DNA of 64,000 nucleotides from positions 4,939 to 68,938 of the forward strand of contig NBNH01000208.1 in assembly GCA_004379115.1 (NCBI GenBank), given 5' to 3'. The first letter of the stretch is position 1. Each line of letters opens with the position of its first letter. The notes below the pieces were generated by a model. It had not been told where the DNA came from, did no database searches, and saw only the letters and a list, made by a program, of their open reading frames with translations. Both the position numbers and the translations under genes were made by a program. This DNA is from Actinomycetales bacterium mxb001 (GTDB taxonomy: Bacteria > Actinomycetota > Actinomycetes > S36-B12). This document shows positions 1 through 9,911 of this stretch, one piece after another.

Positions 1-1394
1 GCCGTCCGCAGATCGCGCTCGCCGACGGTCAGCATCGTCACGCTCGGGGAGATCATCGGGACCTCGGCGTAGGACGTGACGGTGGCGATCCGCGCGCCAT
101 CGCGCCAGACCGCCGTGTCGGTGGCGGTGCTGTCGAGTGTCGTGGCGGCCGTGCACAGGAGGGACCCGGCCCGGCGCGCTCCGACGGTGCCGCCGGTCAG
201 GAGTTCGGTCACCGATCCGTCCAGGCTGACACGGCAGACCGTGCTGCGCACCGGGTCGCGCCCGGCGACCACGAGGATGTCGTCGGCCCCCGCATCGAGG
301 ACGGCCTCGACCTGGAGCCCGGGCGGAGTGATCGCGACATCGTCGACGACCAGGCGGTTGGTGTCGGCAGATCGATCCGCGACGATCTCGACGATGGCAC
401 CACTCGCGGCCCGAGCGGGTACGCCCGGCATCACGTCGATCCATTCCGGATCGGTGCGCTCGCGCACCATCGTGGTGTCCGCCGTCTCCGGATCGACCGA
501 CAGGACGACCTGGCGTCGCTGGTCGCGCGACAGCAGGCTGATAAGCGGATCGCCGCCGGGAGACGTGGACACCGTCGCGAGGTAGGGCAGCGCTGCGTGG
601 TCCCACTGGATCTCCGCGTGCACCACATCGCCCTCGTCGTCGATGCGCACCAGCCACAGCGACACGTCGGCGTTGTCGGTTCCGGCAGCGGGGTAGCGAT
701 GCTCGGCCGGCACCTGGTCGGGATGTGCGGGGTCGGCGATCCACCACGTCGCGACCGGACTGTCGTCGAAGCGTTCCACCAGGAGGCCGGAACCGTCGGC
801 GAGCCACCAGTAGCCCCGCACGCGGTCGAGTTCCTCGGCGGCGATGAAGTCCGCCAGTCCCCAACTCACGGCGTCGCCGTCCGGCCGGCACAGGACGGCG
901 GCGCGACCGCCGGCCAGCGGTGCGACGTACAGGGCACGCTCGGAGACGAAGGCGGCCTTCGTGCCCGTGGGATCGGGCCGGGGGTCGATGACGGGCCCGG
1001 GCGCATCGAGTGCGAGAGGTTGCGCGCCGGGATCGTCGAGGCGCACCGCGTAGGGCACGCCCGACAGTGCGAAGACGGCAACGCGCATGTCACGGTCGAC
1101 CGCGAAGTCAGTGACGCCACCGGTGACCTCGCGCATGCGCTCACGGCGCGCACGTTCCTCCGGCGGCAGCGTCTCCTCGTCCTGGAGGAGGTCGCTCGGA
1201 TCGACCACGCAGCGCTCATTGCCCGTCGCGACGTCAAGCACCCACAGACAGGTCAGGGGATCGGTGCCACCTCGCGATCGCAGGAAGGCCACGCGCTCGC
1301 CATCGGCCGAGGGTGTCAGTGCCCGCGGCGCACCGAGCCGGAAGCCTCGCGTGCGGGCGCGCTGACGCGGATAGGAATCCAGGGGATCGCTCAC
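1..1394 (-). CDS. S9 family peptidase (dipeptidyl-peptidase IV-like), N-terminal beta-propeller part only; the C-terminus lies beyond the window edge
   Basis: Not in the ORF track because it runs off the window edge. Manual translation of the minus strand from the GTG at complement 1392-1394 gives [18 protein letters not shown]...[38 protein letters not shown]...[18 protein letters not shown]. This is the DPP-IV N-terminal domain signature. Third-codon-position GC is high. The + strand ORFs 76-585 and 597-1433 are Arg/Ser-rich antisense artefacts. Confidence 0.7.
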   Translation of the reverse strand, partial: MSDPLDSYPRQRARTRGFRLGAPRALTPSADGERVAFLRSRGGTDPLTCLWVLDVATGNERCVVDPSDLLQDEETLPPEERARRERMREVTGGVTDFAVDRDMRVAVFALSGVPYAVRLDDPGAQPLALDAPGPVIDPRPDPTGTKAAFVSERALYVAPLAGGRAAVLCRPDGDAVSWGLADFIAAEELDRVRGYWWLADGSGLLVERFDDSPVATWWIADPAHPDQVPAEHRYPAAGTDNADVSLWLVRIDDEGDVVHAEIQWDHAALPYLATVSTSPGGDPLISLLSRDQRRQVVLSVDPETADTTMVRERTDPEWIDVMPGVPARAASGAIVEIVADRSADTNRLVVDDVAITPPGLQVEAVLDAGADDILVVAGRDPVRSTVCRVSLDGSVTELLTGGTVGARRAGSLLCTAATTLDSTATDTAVWRDGARIATVTSYAEVPMISPSVTMLTVGERDLRT

Positions 1395-1425
1395 GGGGCC
1401 ATCGTGCCGCACTACTCTTGCCTGC

Positions 1426-2310
1426 GTGCCTGAACGTCGCCTCCTCCTCGTCCACGCCCATCCCGACGACGAGAGCATCGGCACGGGCGCGGTCATGGCC
1501 AAGTACGCGCACGAGGGGGCGGGCGTCACGCTCGTGACGTGCACGCTGGGCGAGGAGGGGGAGATCCTCGTGCCGGGCCTGGCCCATCTCGCGGCCGATC
1601 AGCAGGACGCACTGGGCGAGCATCGCCACACCGAACTCGCTGACGCGATGGCCGTCCTGGGAGTCACCGACTGGCGACTGCTCGGCGGCCCGGGCAGATT
1701 CCGCGACTCCGGCATGGTCGGCACGCCGAGCAATGAGCGACCGCAGGCGTTTGCGCGCGCCGACCTGCTGGAAGCGGCAACCGAACTCGTGGCCGTCATC
1801 CGAGAGGTGCGGCCGCAGGTGCTGGTCACCTACGACGACTTCGGCGGCTATGGCCACCCTGATCACATCCAGGCGCACCGCGTGGCGATGTACGCGGCCA
1901 CTCTCGCTGAGGCAGCGAGCTTCCGTCCCGACCTCGGCGCCGCGTGGACGATCGACAAGATCTACTGGTCGGCGTTCCCGCGCGAAGTCGTGCGCCGCGG
2001 TATCGAGGCGTTGCGCGCGGCCGGCGAGACGACCGGCTTCGCCGCGATGGACCCCCATGACATTCCCTTCGTGATCGACGACGAACTCGTCACCACCGCC
2101 GTGCCCGCGCAGGCCTACCTCGATCGCAAGATGGATGCCCTGCGCGCCCATGCGACGCAGGTCGCGGTCGATGGCGACTTCTTCGCGCTGTCCAACAACC
2201 TCGGCAGCGAAGCCCTGGGCATCGAGTACTTCCGCCTGGTCAAGGGCACGCCGGGCGGCCCCCTCGACGAGAACGGCCGCGAGACCGACCTGTTCGCCGG
2301 GGTCGTGTGA
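1426..2310 (+). CDS. mshB: N-acetyl-1-D-myo-inositol-2-amino-2-deoxy-alpha-D-glucopyranoside deacetylase (mycothiol biosynthesis)
   Basis: 294 aa with a GTG start. The LmbE/MshB signature [22 protein letters not shown] is present, followed by [10 protein letters not shown]. Confidence 0.9.
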   Translation: MPERRLLLVHAHPDDESIGTGAVMAKYAHEGAGVTLVTCTLGEEGEILVPGLAHLAADQQDALGEHRHTELADAMAVLGVTDWRLLGGPGRFRDSGMVGTPSNERPQAFARADLLEAATELVAVIREVRPQVLVTYDDFGGYGHPDHIQAHRVAMYAATLAEAASFRPDLGAAWTIDKIYWSAFPREVVRRGIEALRAAGETTGFAAMDPHDIPFVIDDELVTTAVPAQAYLDRKMDALRAHATQVAVDGDFFALSNNLGSEALGIEYFRLVKGTPGGPLDENGRETDLFAGVV

Positions 2311-2690
2311 GCGCAGGCGTGGCCCGGGGGCTGCTGGCCGCCGCCGCCCTGCTCATCGGCCTGCTGGTCGGCACCCTCGGCGCCTTCCTCCAGGCGTCGC
2401 GATCGATGGTGGCCGGCGTCGCCATCCCGTGGGGGACCGTCCTCGTCCTCATCGCGCTGGTCGTCTTGATTCGCGGAGCCATCGAGGTGGCTGACAGTCG
2501 ATGGGCCGGATGGGCGCTGTTCGCGGGGTGGCTGGGTGCGACCGTCCTCTTCGCGTCACCCATGCCGTGGGGTGCCCTGGTGATCTCCGCCGGCAACCGA
2601 CAGATGGCGTATCTGATCGGCGGCGTCATCCTGGGCGCCATGGCGGCGACCATTCCCTCCCTCGCGCGGCTGCGTCGCCCTCGAGCGTGA
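2307..2690 (+). CDS. Small integral membrane protein, DUF6113-like, conserved downstream of mshB
   Basis: 127 aa with about four hydrophobic helices. Its GTG overlaps the mshB stop (GTGA at 2307-2310). Its position matches the membrane protein that follows mshB in other actinobacteria. Confidence 0.6.
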   Translation: MSAGVARGLLAAAALLIGLLVGTLGAFLQASRSMVAGVAIPWGTVLVLIALVVLIRGAIEVADSRWAGWALFAGWLGATVLFASPMPWGALVISAGNRQMAYLIGGVILGAMAATIPSLARLRRPRA

Positions 2691-2735
2691 TCCAGGACAC
2701 GCCTGCGCCAGCGTCTCTCGAAGAGGCATTGGCGC

Positions 2736-4637
2736 GTGGAGTCGGCTTACGATGACAAGGGTCGGCATTCGCTAACACAGGGACGGGAGGGTGCCGTGAC
2801 GGTCGTGGCGCCCCCGGAGTCGGAGCGCGATCCCGACAGGGGTGGTCGCGCCCTTCGGGCCTCCCTGGCCGCTGCCGCCGTCGTCATCCTCGGCAGCATT
2901 GCCTTCTACTTCGGAATGCTGCTCGGCGCGTCCAGCGACGTGCCCGCCAACACCAATGTGCTGGGCGTCCAGATCGGCGGCCTGTCGCGGGCCGAGGCGG
3001 TCGCCACCCTCGATCGCGAGCTCGGCCCCCGTGCCCTCGCCCCGATATCGGTGTCGGCCTACGACACCACCGAGGAGATCTTCCCCGCCGAGTCGGGCCT
3101 GTCCTTCGACCCCGTGGCTACGGTCGCGGCGGCCGAGGGTCGCTTGTACAACCCGATCTCGATGGTGCTGCGCCTCTTCGGTTCCACCGCCGTCGATCCG
3201 GTGATCGTGGTCGACGAGGTCGCGCTGAGCACTCGACTGCAGGCTTTCGGCGATCTCATGTCACGTCCCATCACCGAGCCAACCGTTCACTACGAAGACA
3301 TGACGCCGGTGCTCACGCCGGGCGAAGACGGTCGCACGATCGACATCCCTGTCGCCACCAACGACGTGGCGAACTCCTATCTCCTCACCTCTGCTCCGGT
3401 TCCGTTGCCCGAAGTCGTGCTGCCCGCGGCGGTATCAGCTGAAGAGGCCGAGGCTTTCGTGGCCGGCCCCGCGACCATCGCGATTTCCGCCCCCGTCACC
3501 GTCCAGGCTGATTCGGTGACCGCCCAGGTGCCGCCGGAGGCGATCGCCGAGGCCACCCACTACCTCGTCGAGGGGGAGGAGCTCGCCCCGCAGATCGACG
3601 GAGCCGTTCTCTACGCCCCTATTGCCAAGGACCTCCAGCCCGTGAGTACGCCGGGCAACGACGCGACGTTCGAGATCAATGCGGACAACGTCCCGGTCGT
3701 CGTGCCCTCGCGCGTGGGTGCGGGAGTCTCCGACGAGGTCCTCGCGGCGGCCGTCGGCAACGTCATGTTCATGGAAGGCGACGCCCGCGTCGCCGTGACC
3801 CCCATCACGGTGCGCGATCCCAAGCTCACGACCGAGCAGGCCATGCAACTGGGCGTGACGGAGGAGATCTCCAGCTTCACCCAGCAGGTGAACTACGCCG
3901 AATACATGGCGCACAACCTCGCGCTGGCCGCGGAGTACATCAACGGCACCCTGCTGATGCCGGGCGAGACCTTCTCGATGAACAAGACGACCGAAAACCG
4001 CGATCCGGTCAACGGCTACATGGTCGGCTACGTCATCGGGCCGGGCGGCGTCTTCACCAAGGCACTCGGTGGCGGACTCTCGGCGGCAACGACGACGATG
4101 TGGTCGGCTGCCTTCTACGCCGGACTCGAGCCGGTCGAGGTGCAGGCTCACTCGATCTACATCTCCCGCTACGTTCCCGGTCTTGAAGCGACGGTCGCCT
4201 GGGATAGCTTCGATATGAAGTTCCGCAACAACACTCCCTACGGGGTGTTCATCACGGCGTCCACCACCGACACGTCGATGACCGTGCGCATGTACAGCAC
4301 GAAGATCTACTCCAAGATCGAGGCGGAGGTGGGGGATCGCTACGCGATCACGTCCTTCCGCAAGATCTACAACGACTCCCCGACGTGCAGCGCCCAGTCG
4401 GGCTCCGCGGGCTTCACGATCGACGTCGACCGGGTGTTCTACGAAGGGCAGACGGAGGTCAACCGCGAGACGTTCACCACGTCGTACTCGCCCGCTCCCC
4501 AGGTCGTCTGCGGTAAGAAGCCCGACAAGGACAAGGACAAGAAGCCCGACGATGGCAGTGGCGGCACCGAGACGCCGGCCCCCGACCCCACCGATGCCCC
4601 GGCCCCAGAACCGACGGAATCTCCGGCGCCCGCCTAG
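2736..4637 (+). CDS. VanW domain-containing protein, membrane-anchored, with a Pro/Lys/Asp-rich C-terminal tail
   Basis: 633 aa. It has an N-terminal TM helix (AAAVVILGSIAFYFGMLLG). The VanW-type core reads NGYMVGYVIGPGGVFTKALGGGLSAATTTMWSAAFYAGLE...YISRYVPGLEATVAW. The low-complexity tail is KKPDKDKDKKPDDG...PAPDPTDAPAPEPTESPAPA. The exact start is uncertain. Confidence 0.8.
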   Translation: MESAYDDKGRHSLTQGREGAVTVVAPPESERDPDRGGRALRASLAAAAVVILGSIAFYFGMLLGASSDVPANTNVLGVQIGGLSRAEAVATLDRELGPRALAPISVSAYDTTEEIFPAESGLSFDPVATVAAAEGRLYNPISMVLRLFGSTAVDPVIVVDEVALSTRLQAFGDLMSRPITEPTVHYEDMTPVLTPGEDGRTIDIPVATNDVANSYLLTSAPVPLPEVVLPAAVSAEEAEAFVAGPATIAISAPVTVQADSVTAQVPPEAIAEATHYLVEGEELAPQIDGAVLYAPIAKDLQPVSTPGNDATFEINADNVPVVVPSRVGAGVSDEVLAAAVGNVMFMEGDARVAVTPITVRDPKLTTEQAMQLGVTEEISSFTQQVNYAEYMAHNLALAAEYINGTLLMPGETFSMNKTTENRDPVNGYMVGYVIGPGGVFTKALGGGLSAATTTMWSAAFYAGLEPVEVQAHSIYISRYVPGLEATVAWDSFDMKFRNNTPYGVFITASTTDTSMTVRMYSTKIYSKIEAEVGDRYAITSFRKIYNDSPTCSAQSGSAGFTIDVDRVFYEGQTEVNRETFTTSYSPAPQVVCGKKPDKDKDKKPDDGSGGTETPAPDPTDAPAPEPTESPAPA

Positions 4638-4640
4638 CGA

Positions 4641-5468
4641 TCAGTTGAGCAGGGCACGCACAGCACGAGCCTGATCCCGTGCCGTCTCCGCTTCGGAGGG
4701 CGCGTCGTCGTCGACAACGTCGGCATACTCCTCCAGCCACCGCGCGGCCAGGTGGGCATGGCCCATGTCGCGCAGCGCGATTCCGCGGTCGCGGAGCAGC
4801 CACGGCGGAGGGTCGGGGAGCGCGAGTGCCAGGTCAATGGCCCACAGTCGCGTGGGAGCGCGGAGCGGATGATCAGCCCAGGCGCGGATATTGGCGAGGA
4901 TGCGCTCGACGATGCTCACGGGTGAGGCCGGTGCGAGGTGGTCGCGACGAAAGGGTCGACCTGTGCGCTCGACGATGTCGCGGGCGGCGTCGAAGGGCAG
5001 CAGTCGACCGCCGGACCATGGGTCGACCAGTAGTCGGCTGCCGTCGGGAAGCACGGGATCGAAGGTGAGTGGATCGCCAAGGGCCGCGACGAAGTGCCCG
5101 GGCAGGCCGACGCCGTAGGCGGCGATGCCGACCCGCCGTGCGGTCTCTGTCCATACCGTCGACAGCAGGATGGGCAGGCCGCGTCGTCGGCGCACCACCT
5201 CGGGGAGCAGTGAGGAGGCCAGGGCGTCGTAGTCCTCCGGACGTCCGTGGAAGTCCCCCAGCGCCGCCTGGAGTCGCTCATGCGGCTCCCCGGCGTCGGG
5301 CACCTGCTCGGCCAGCCGATCGAGGTCGGCCAGTCCACGTGCCAGGTAGGCATCGACGTTCCCCTCCGTGGGAAGGGCCTCGGCCGCGATGAGCAGGCAG
5401 GCCAGGTCAAGCCGCTCGGGCGTCGTGGCCATGAGGTCCCGGAACGCATCCCGGGACTCGCGGCTCAT
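4641..5468 (-). CDS. Transglutaminase-like / SirB1 (UPF0162) family protein with a TPR-like C-terminus
   Basis: 275 aa. The motif LLSTVWTETARRVGIAAYGVGLPGHFVAALGDP...VDPWSGGRLL is typical of this family. Confidence 0.7.
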   Translation of the reverse strand: MSRESRDAFRDLMATTPERLDLACLLIAAEALPTEGNVDAYLARGLADLDRLAEQVPDAGEPHERLQAALGDFHGRPEDYDALASSLLPEVVRRRRGLPILLSTVWTETARRVGIAAYGVGLPGHFVAALGDPLTFDPVLPDGSRLLVDPWSGGRLLPFDAARDIVERTGRPFRRDHLAPASPVSIVERILANIRAWADHPLRAPTRLWAIDLALALPDPPPWLLRDRGIALRDMGHAHLAARWLEEYADVVDDDAPSEAETARDQARAVRALLN

Positions 5469-5562
5469 GCCCCGATCGTCGCACCCGGTACGGTGTTCCC
5501 CGGCGACGACGTCGCCCGGCGGACCAGGCGGTCCGCTGTCCGACCCGGCGAAAGGCGAGCAG

Positions 5563-5889
5563 GTGACCTACGTCATCGCATTCCCGTGTGTCGACGTGAA
5601 GGACAAGTCCTGCATCGAGGAATGCCCCGTCGACTGCATCTACGAAGGCGATCGGATGCTCTACATCCAGCCCGACGAGTGCGTCGACTGCGGAGCGTGT
5701 GAGCCCGTATGCCCCGTCGAGGCCATCTTCTACGAGGACGACGTCCCGGAGGAGTGGAGCGACTACACCGCGGCCAACGCCGAGTTCTTCGCTGACCTCG
5801 GCTCGCCCGGGGGCGCGGCCAAGCTGGGTGCGCAGGACTTCGATGCGCCGCTGCTCGCATCGGTCCCGCGCAAGGAGACCGAGAGCTGA
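5563..5889 (+). CDS. fdxA: 7Fe ferredoxin
   Basis: The in-frame GTG at 5563 gives VTYVIAFPCVDVKDKSCIEECPVDCIYEGDRMLYIQPDECVDCGACEPVCPVEAIFYEDDVP, with classic 3Fe-4S and 4Fe-4S Cys motifs. The upstream part of ORF 5368-5889 overlaps the preceding gene in antisense and is not conserved-looking. Confidence 0.9.
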   Translation: MTYVIAFPCVDVKDKSCIEECPVDCIYEGDRMLYIQPDECVDCGACEPVCPVEAIFYEDDVPEEWSDYTAANAEFFADLGSPGGAAKLGAQDFDAPLLASVPRKETES

Positions 5890-6968
5890 GCCTCCCCGAC
5901 TTCCCCTGGGATCGTCTCGCGCCCCTGGCGCAGGTCGCACGGTCCCACGAGTCCTTTGCCGATCTGTCGATCGGAAGCCCTGTCGATCCCACGCCTGCGT
6001 TCATCCAGCGGGCGCTCGCCGACGCCGCCGATGCGCCCGGTTACCCCACCGTTGCGGGCACCGAGGCGGTGCGCGAGGCCTTCGCTGCTTGGCTGCGCCG
6101 TCGCGCCGGCGTCACCCTCGATCCCATTGCGGCGATCCCGTCGATCGGGTCCAAGGAACTCGTGGCCCTCCTTCCCTTCCTGCTCGGACTGCGTGCCGGC
6201 GATCGGGTCGTGGTGCCGACGGTCGCGTACCCCACCTACGCCGTCGGTGCGCTGGTGGCGGGCTGTGAGGTCGTGGCCTCCGACGACCCCGATGCGTGCG
6301 CGGGCGCGCGCCTGGTGTGGGTGAATTCCCCGGGAAATCCCAACGGGCGGGTGGCCACTGCTGCTCAGTTGCGCTCGATGGTCGAGGCCGCGCGTACGGC
6401 GGGCGCGGTGATCGCCTCCGATGAGTGCTACCTGGAGTTCGGCTGGGATGCGACGCCGGTGACTGCGTTGCATCCCGATGTCATCGGCGACGACCCCTCC
6501 GGGGTGCTGTCGCTGCATGCCCTGTCCAAGCGCTCCAACATGGCTGGCTACCGGTTCGGCGCAGTGGCCGGCGACCCCGATCTCATTGCGCGACTGCTCG
6601 AGATCCGCAAGCACCTGGGCCTCATGGTGCCCATGCCCGTCCAGCGGGCCGCGACCGCTGCCTGGGGCGATGACGCCCACGTCGAGGAGCAGCGCGCCCG
6701 CTACCTGCGGCGGCGGGCAGTCCTGCGCCCGGCCCTCGAGGCGGCCGGCTTCCGAGTCGACGACAGCGAGGCCGGCCTCTACCTGTGGGCCACCCGCGGC
6801 GAGGAATGCTGGGAGACGGTGGCGGCCCTCGCCGAGCGCGGCGTCCTGGTGGCACCCGGTGACTTCTACGGGCAGGCGGGTGCCCGTCACGTGCGACTGG
6901 CCCTCACGGCGACGGACGAGGCCATCGGGGGCGCGGCAGCGCGCATCAGCGGCGGAGATACGGTGTGA
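5886..6968 (+). CDS. dapC: Succinyldiaminopimelate aminotransferase (class I PLP aminotransferase), probable CTG start
   Basis: The conserved N-terminus (S)LPDFPWDRLAPL...DLSIGSPVDPTP lies upstream of the first in-frame GTG (6069). It lies downstream of an in-frame TGA at 5793. The only near-cognate start in between is CTG 5886-5888. That CTG is preceded by AAGGAG (5872-5877) and overlaps the fdxA stop. The PLP region reads LSLHALSKRSNMAGYRFG. Confidence 0.75.
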   Translation: MSLPDFPWDRLAPLAQVARSHESFADLSIGSPVDPTPAFIQRALADAADAPGYPTVAGTEAVREAFAAWLRRRAGVTLDPIAAIPSIGSKELVALLPFLLGLRAGDRVVVPTVAYPTYAVGALVAGCEVVASDDPDACAGARLVWVNSPGNPNGRVATAAQLRSMVEAARTAGAVIASDECYLEFGWDATPVTALHPDVIGDDPSGVLSLHALSKRSNMAGYRFGAVAGDPDLIARLLEIRKHLGLMVPMPVQRAATAAWGDDAHVEEQRARYLRRRAVLRPALEAAGFRVDDSEAGLYLWATRGEECWETVAALAERGVLVAPGDFYGQAGARHVRLALTATDEAIGGAAARISGGDTV

Positions 6969-8257
6969 CCGTGTCCGATTACGTCCTGGGCTATCCGGGT
7001 GGCGAGCTCCCGCTGGAGATCGCTCCGTCGACGATCGGTGAATCCGGTCTCGATATCTCCTCGCTCCTGGCGACGACGGGCAATGTGACTCTCGACCACG
7101 GCTTCGTCAACACCGCGTCATGTTCGTCGGCCATCACCTACATCGATGGTGACAAGGGCATCCTGCGCTACCGCGGCTACCCCATCGAGCAGCTGGCTGC
7201 GCAGTCCTCCTATCTCGAGGTCGCGTTCCTGCTCATCTACGGCTATCTGCCGAGCGCCGACGAGCTGGCGAGCTTCAAGGCGCAGATCAAGCGGCACACC
7301 ATGCTCCACGAGGAATTGCGCGCCTTCTTCGACGGATTCCCTCGCGATGCCCACCCCATGCCGGTGCTGTCGTCGGCAGTGTCGGCCCTGTCGACGTTCT
7401 ACCAGGATTCCTTGGACCCGTTCGATCCCGAACAGGTGGAGATCTCGACCATCCGCCTGCTGGCCAAGCTGCCGACCCTGGCGGCCTATGCCTACAAGAA
7501 GTCGGTCGGGCAGCCCTTCATGTATCCCGACAACTCCCTGGGCTTCATCGACAACTTCCTGCGCATGACCTTCGGCGTGCCCGCGGAGCCCTACGAGGTC
7601 GACCCGGTCGTCTCCCGCACCCTCAACATGCTCCTGCTGCTGCACGCCGATCACGAGCAGAACTGCTCGACGTCGACGGTGCGCCTGGTCGGCTCATCGC
7701 ACGCCAACCTCTTCGCCTCGGTGTCGGCGGGCATCAACGCACTGTTCGGACCGCTGCATGGCGGGGCCAATCAGGCGGTGCTGGAGATGCTGGAGAAGAT
7801 CCACATGTCGGGCGGCGGCGTCAATACCTTCATCCGCCAGGTCAAGGATCGCCAGGATGGCGTGAAGCTCATGGGCTTCGGGCACCGGGTCTACAAGAAC
7901 TACGACCCGCGCGCGGCCATCGTCAAGAAGGCCGCCTACGACGTCTTCGCCGCCCTCGACGTCAAGGACCCGCTGCTCGATATCGCGTTGCGCCTCGAAG
8001 AGGTCGCCCTCGCTGACGACTTCTTCATCTCGCGCAAGCTCTACCCCAACGTCGATTTCTACACGGGCCTCATCTACAAGGCGATGGGCTTCCCGACGCG
8101 CATGTTCACGGTGCTCTTCGCGCTGGGCCGCCTTCCCGGCTGGATCGCTCAGTGGCGCGAGATGATCGCCGATCCCGACACCAAGATCGGGCGCCCGCGG
8201 CAGGTCTACGTGGGTGTGCCCTTCCGCGACTACGTGCCGATCGAGGACCGCGACTAG
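6965..8257 (+). CDS. gltA: Citrate synthase
   Basis: 430 aa. Signature [50 protein letters not shown] and [14 protein letters not shown]. The start overlaps the dapC stop (GTGA). Confidence 0.9.
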   Translation: MTVSDYVLGYPGGELPLEIAPSTIGESGLDISSLLATTGNVTLDHGFVNTASCSSAITYIDGDKGILRYRGYPIEQLAAQSSYLEVAFLLIYGYLPSADELASFKAQIKRHTMLHEELRAFFDGFPRDAHPMPVLSSAVSALSTFYQDSLDPFDPEQVEISTIRLLAKLPTLAAYAYKKSVGQPFMYPDNSLGFIDNFLRMTFGVPAEPYEVDPVVSRTLNMLLLLHADHEQNCSTSTVRLVGSSHANLFASVSAGINALFGPLHGGANQAVLEMLEKIHMSGGGVNTFIRQVKDRQDGVKLMGFGHRVYKNYDPRAAIVKKAAYDVFAALDVKDPLLDIALRLEEVALADDFFISRKLYPNVDFYTGLIYKAMGFPTRMFTVLFALGRLPGWIAQWREMIADPDTKIGRPRQVYVGVPFRDYVPIEDRD

Positions 8258-9189
8258 TCGGTGGCGTGCAGGGCAGAGTTCAGTCCGCCCCAGGCTCCCT
8301 CGCGCATCACGACCTCGAGCGCGCCGCTTTGCGAGTTGCGCCGGAACAGCAGACCGCTCCCGCCTGAGAGTTCACGCGCCTTCACGACATCGCCGTCGGG
8401 CAGCGTGACCCGCGCGCCGGCGGTGACGTAGGTGCCAGCCTCGACGATGCAGCGATCGCCGAGGCTGATGCCGATCCCGGCATTGGCGCCGATGAGGCAT
8501 CCCTCGCCGACACTGATGACCTCCGCCCCGCCCCCCGAGAGGGTGCCCATGATGGAAGCACCGCCACCGATGTCGGAGCCATTGCCCACCACGACTCCGG
8601 CGGAGATTCGGCCCTCGACCATCGCGTTGCCGAGAGTGCCCGCGTTGAAGTTGACGAAACCCTCGTGCATGACCACGGTGCCCTCGGCGAGGTGAGCGCC
8701 CAGGCGCACGCGATCGGCGTCGGCGATACGCACGCCTGACGGAACGACGTAGTCGATCATGCGCGGAAACCGATCGACGCCGAGCACGATGAGCGTGTCG
8801 CCATGAGTGCGAGCGCGCAGGCGTGCATCGGTGATGGAGTCGACGGATACCGGACCGCGGGTCGTCCACACGACGAGGGGGAGCACGCCGAAGATGCCGT
8901 CGAGGTTGATCGTGCGGGGGCGCACCAGGCGATGGGAGAGCAGGTGCAGGCGCAGGTAGGCGTCGGCGGCATCAGCCGGGGGTGCCTGCAGGTCGACGAT
9001 CGATGTCAGGACCGGGCGTACGTCAACGCCGCGAATGTCGTCGCGACGGCTCGCCGCGTCGATGCCCGGGACCGGCAGTGGATCGGAGCCCAGGGAGGGG
9101 TGGGGATACCAGGCGTCGAGGAGGTCGCCGCCCGCGTAGGTCGCGAGCCCGTGAGCGCAGGCAGGTCCGCTGACGGGTTCGAGATCCAC
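8254..9189 (-). CDS. dapD: 2,3,4,5-tetrahydropyridine-2,6-dicarboxylate N-succinyltransferase
   Basis: 311 aa. Left-handed beta-helix hexapeptide repeats are present ([52 protein letters not shown]). The actinobacterial DapD N-terminal domain is present. Confidence 0.9.
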   Translation of the reverse strand: MDLEPVSGPACAHGLATYAGGDLLDAWYPHPSLGSDPLPVPGIDAASRRDDIRGVDVRPVLTSIVDLQAPPADAADAYLRLHLLSHRLVRPRTINLDGIFGVLPLVVWTTRGPVSVDSITDARLRARTHGDTLIVLGVDRFPRMIDYVVPSGVRIADADRVRLGAHLAEGTVVMHEGFVNFNAGTLGNAMVEGRISAGVVVGNGSDIGGGASIMGTLSGGGAEVISVGEGCLIGANAGIGISLGDRCIVEAGTYVTAGARVTLPDGDVVKARELSGGSGLLFRRNSQSGALEVVMREGAWGGLNSALHATD

Positions 9190-9218
9190 GCGGGCGACGT
9201 TAGCCCATGTCGATGAGG

Positions 9219-9287
9219 CCCGGCGGGTCGGCTAAGCCGACCCTGTCGGGCTGCCCGGCGGGTCGGCTAAGCCGACCCTGTCGGGCT
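9219..9287. repeat. Tandem direct repeat (2 x 34 nt, period 35), each copy carrying a perfect 8-bp hairpin; probable tandem terminators of the yceI-like gene
   Basis: CCCGGCGGGTCGGCTAAGCCGACCCTGTCGGGCT occurs at 9219-9252 and again at 9254-9287. The stems GGGTCGGC/GCCGACCC lie at 9225-9243 and 9260-9278. The second copy overlaps the yceI-like stop codon. Confidence 0.8.
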
Positions 9288-9837
9288 ACGCCTGCTTGAC
9301 CGCCTCGACGTCGAGCTCGAGCTTGATGGTGTCGCCGACGAGCACGCCGCCGGTCTCGAGCGCCACGTTCCAGACCAGGCCGAACTCCTTGCGGCTGATC
9401 TCGGCCTTGCCCTCGAACCCGATGCGCGTGTTGCCCCACGGGTCCTGGTTGACGCCGAGGAGCTCGAACTTCACGTCGACGGTCTTGGTGACGCCGTGGA
9501 TGGTGAGATCACCGGTCACAATGAAGTCGTCGTCACCCTTCTGAGTGACAGCCGTGCTCGTGAAGGTCAGCGTGGGGAACTGCTCCACGTCGAGGAAGTC
9601 AGCGGACTTGACGTGGGCGTCCCGATCGTCGTTCGAGCTGGTGAAACTCGAGGTGACGATGGTGAGCACGGCACTGGACTTCGCGGGGTCGGCGCCGTCC
9701 AGGTTGAGCGTGCCGGTGAACTCGGTGAACCCGCCGCGCACCTTGGCGATCATCGCGTGGCGAGCGACGAAGCCGATGGTGGAGTGGGTGGGGTCGATCT
9801 GCCAGGTGCCGGTGGTGGCGGCGAGGTCGGTGCTCAT
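9286..9837 (-). CDS. YceI family protein
   Basis: The sequence TGTWQIDPTHSTIGFVARHAMIAKVRGGFTEFTGTLNLDG...HGVTKTVDVKFELLG is YceI-like. I chose the ATG at 9837 (MSTDLAATTG) because GGGAGGA lies 5 nt upstream. The ORF-track start at 9879 is less likely. Confidence 0.85.
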   Translation of the reverse strand: MSTDLAATTGTWQIDPTHSTIGFVARHAMIAKVRGGFTEFTGTLNLDGADPAKSSAVLTIVTSSFTSSNDDRDAHVKSADFLDVEQFPTLTFTSTAVTQKGDDDFIVTGDLTIHGVTKTVDVKFELLGVNQDPWGNTRIGFEGKAEISRKEFGLVWNVALETGGVLVGDTIKLELDVEAVKQA

Positions 9838-9843
9838 GGGGGT

Positions 9844-9903
9844 CCTCCCGGGTCGTCGAGCAAGTGGTTGAGTATTCAACCATATGGGGAACGACCCGGG
9901 AGG
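9844..9903 (-). promoter_or_regulatory. Nested inverted repeat: a 13-bp GC-rich stem whose 3' arm contains the yceI-like Shine-Dalgarno, enclosing an AT-rich 6-4-6 palindrome
   Basis: CCTCCCGGGTCGT (9844-9856) is the exact reverse complement of ACGACCCGGGAGG (9891-9903). The inner palindrome GGTTGAGTATTCAACC lies at 9866-9881. On the minus-strand RNA the stem pairs the GGGAGG that sits 5-6 nt before the ATG at 9837. Confidence 0.5.
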
Positions 9904-9911
9904 TCAAGTCC

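Noticed and set aside
9168-9195. The tRNA T-loop-like string GGTTCGAGATCC.
   Set aside because: It lies inside the dapD N-terminal coding region. No acceptor, D or anticodon stems can be drawn around it. I found no convincing tRNA anywhere in the window.
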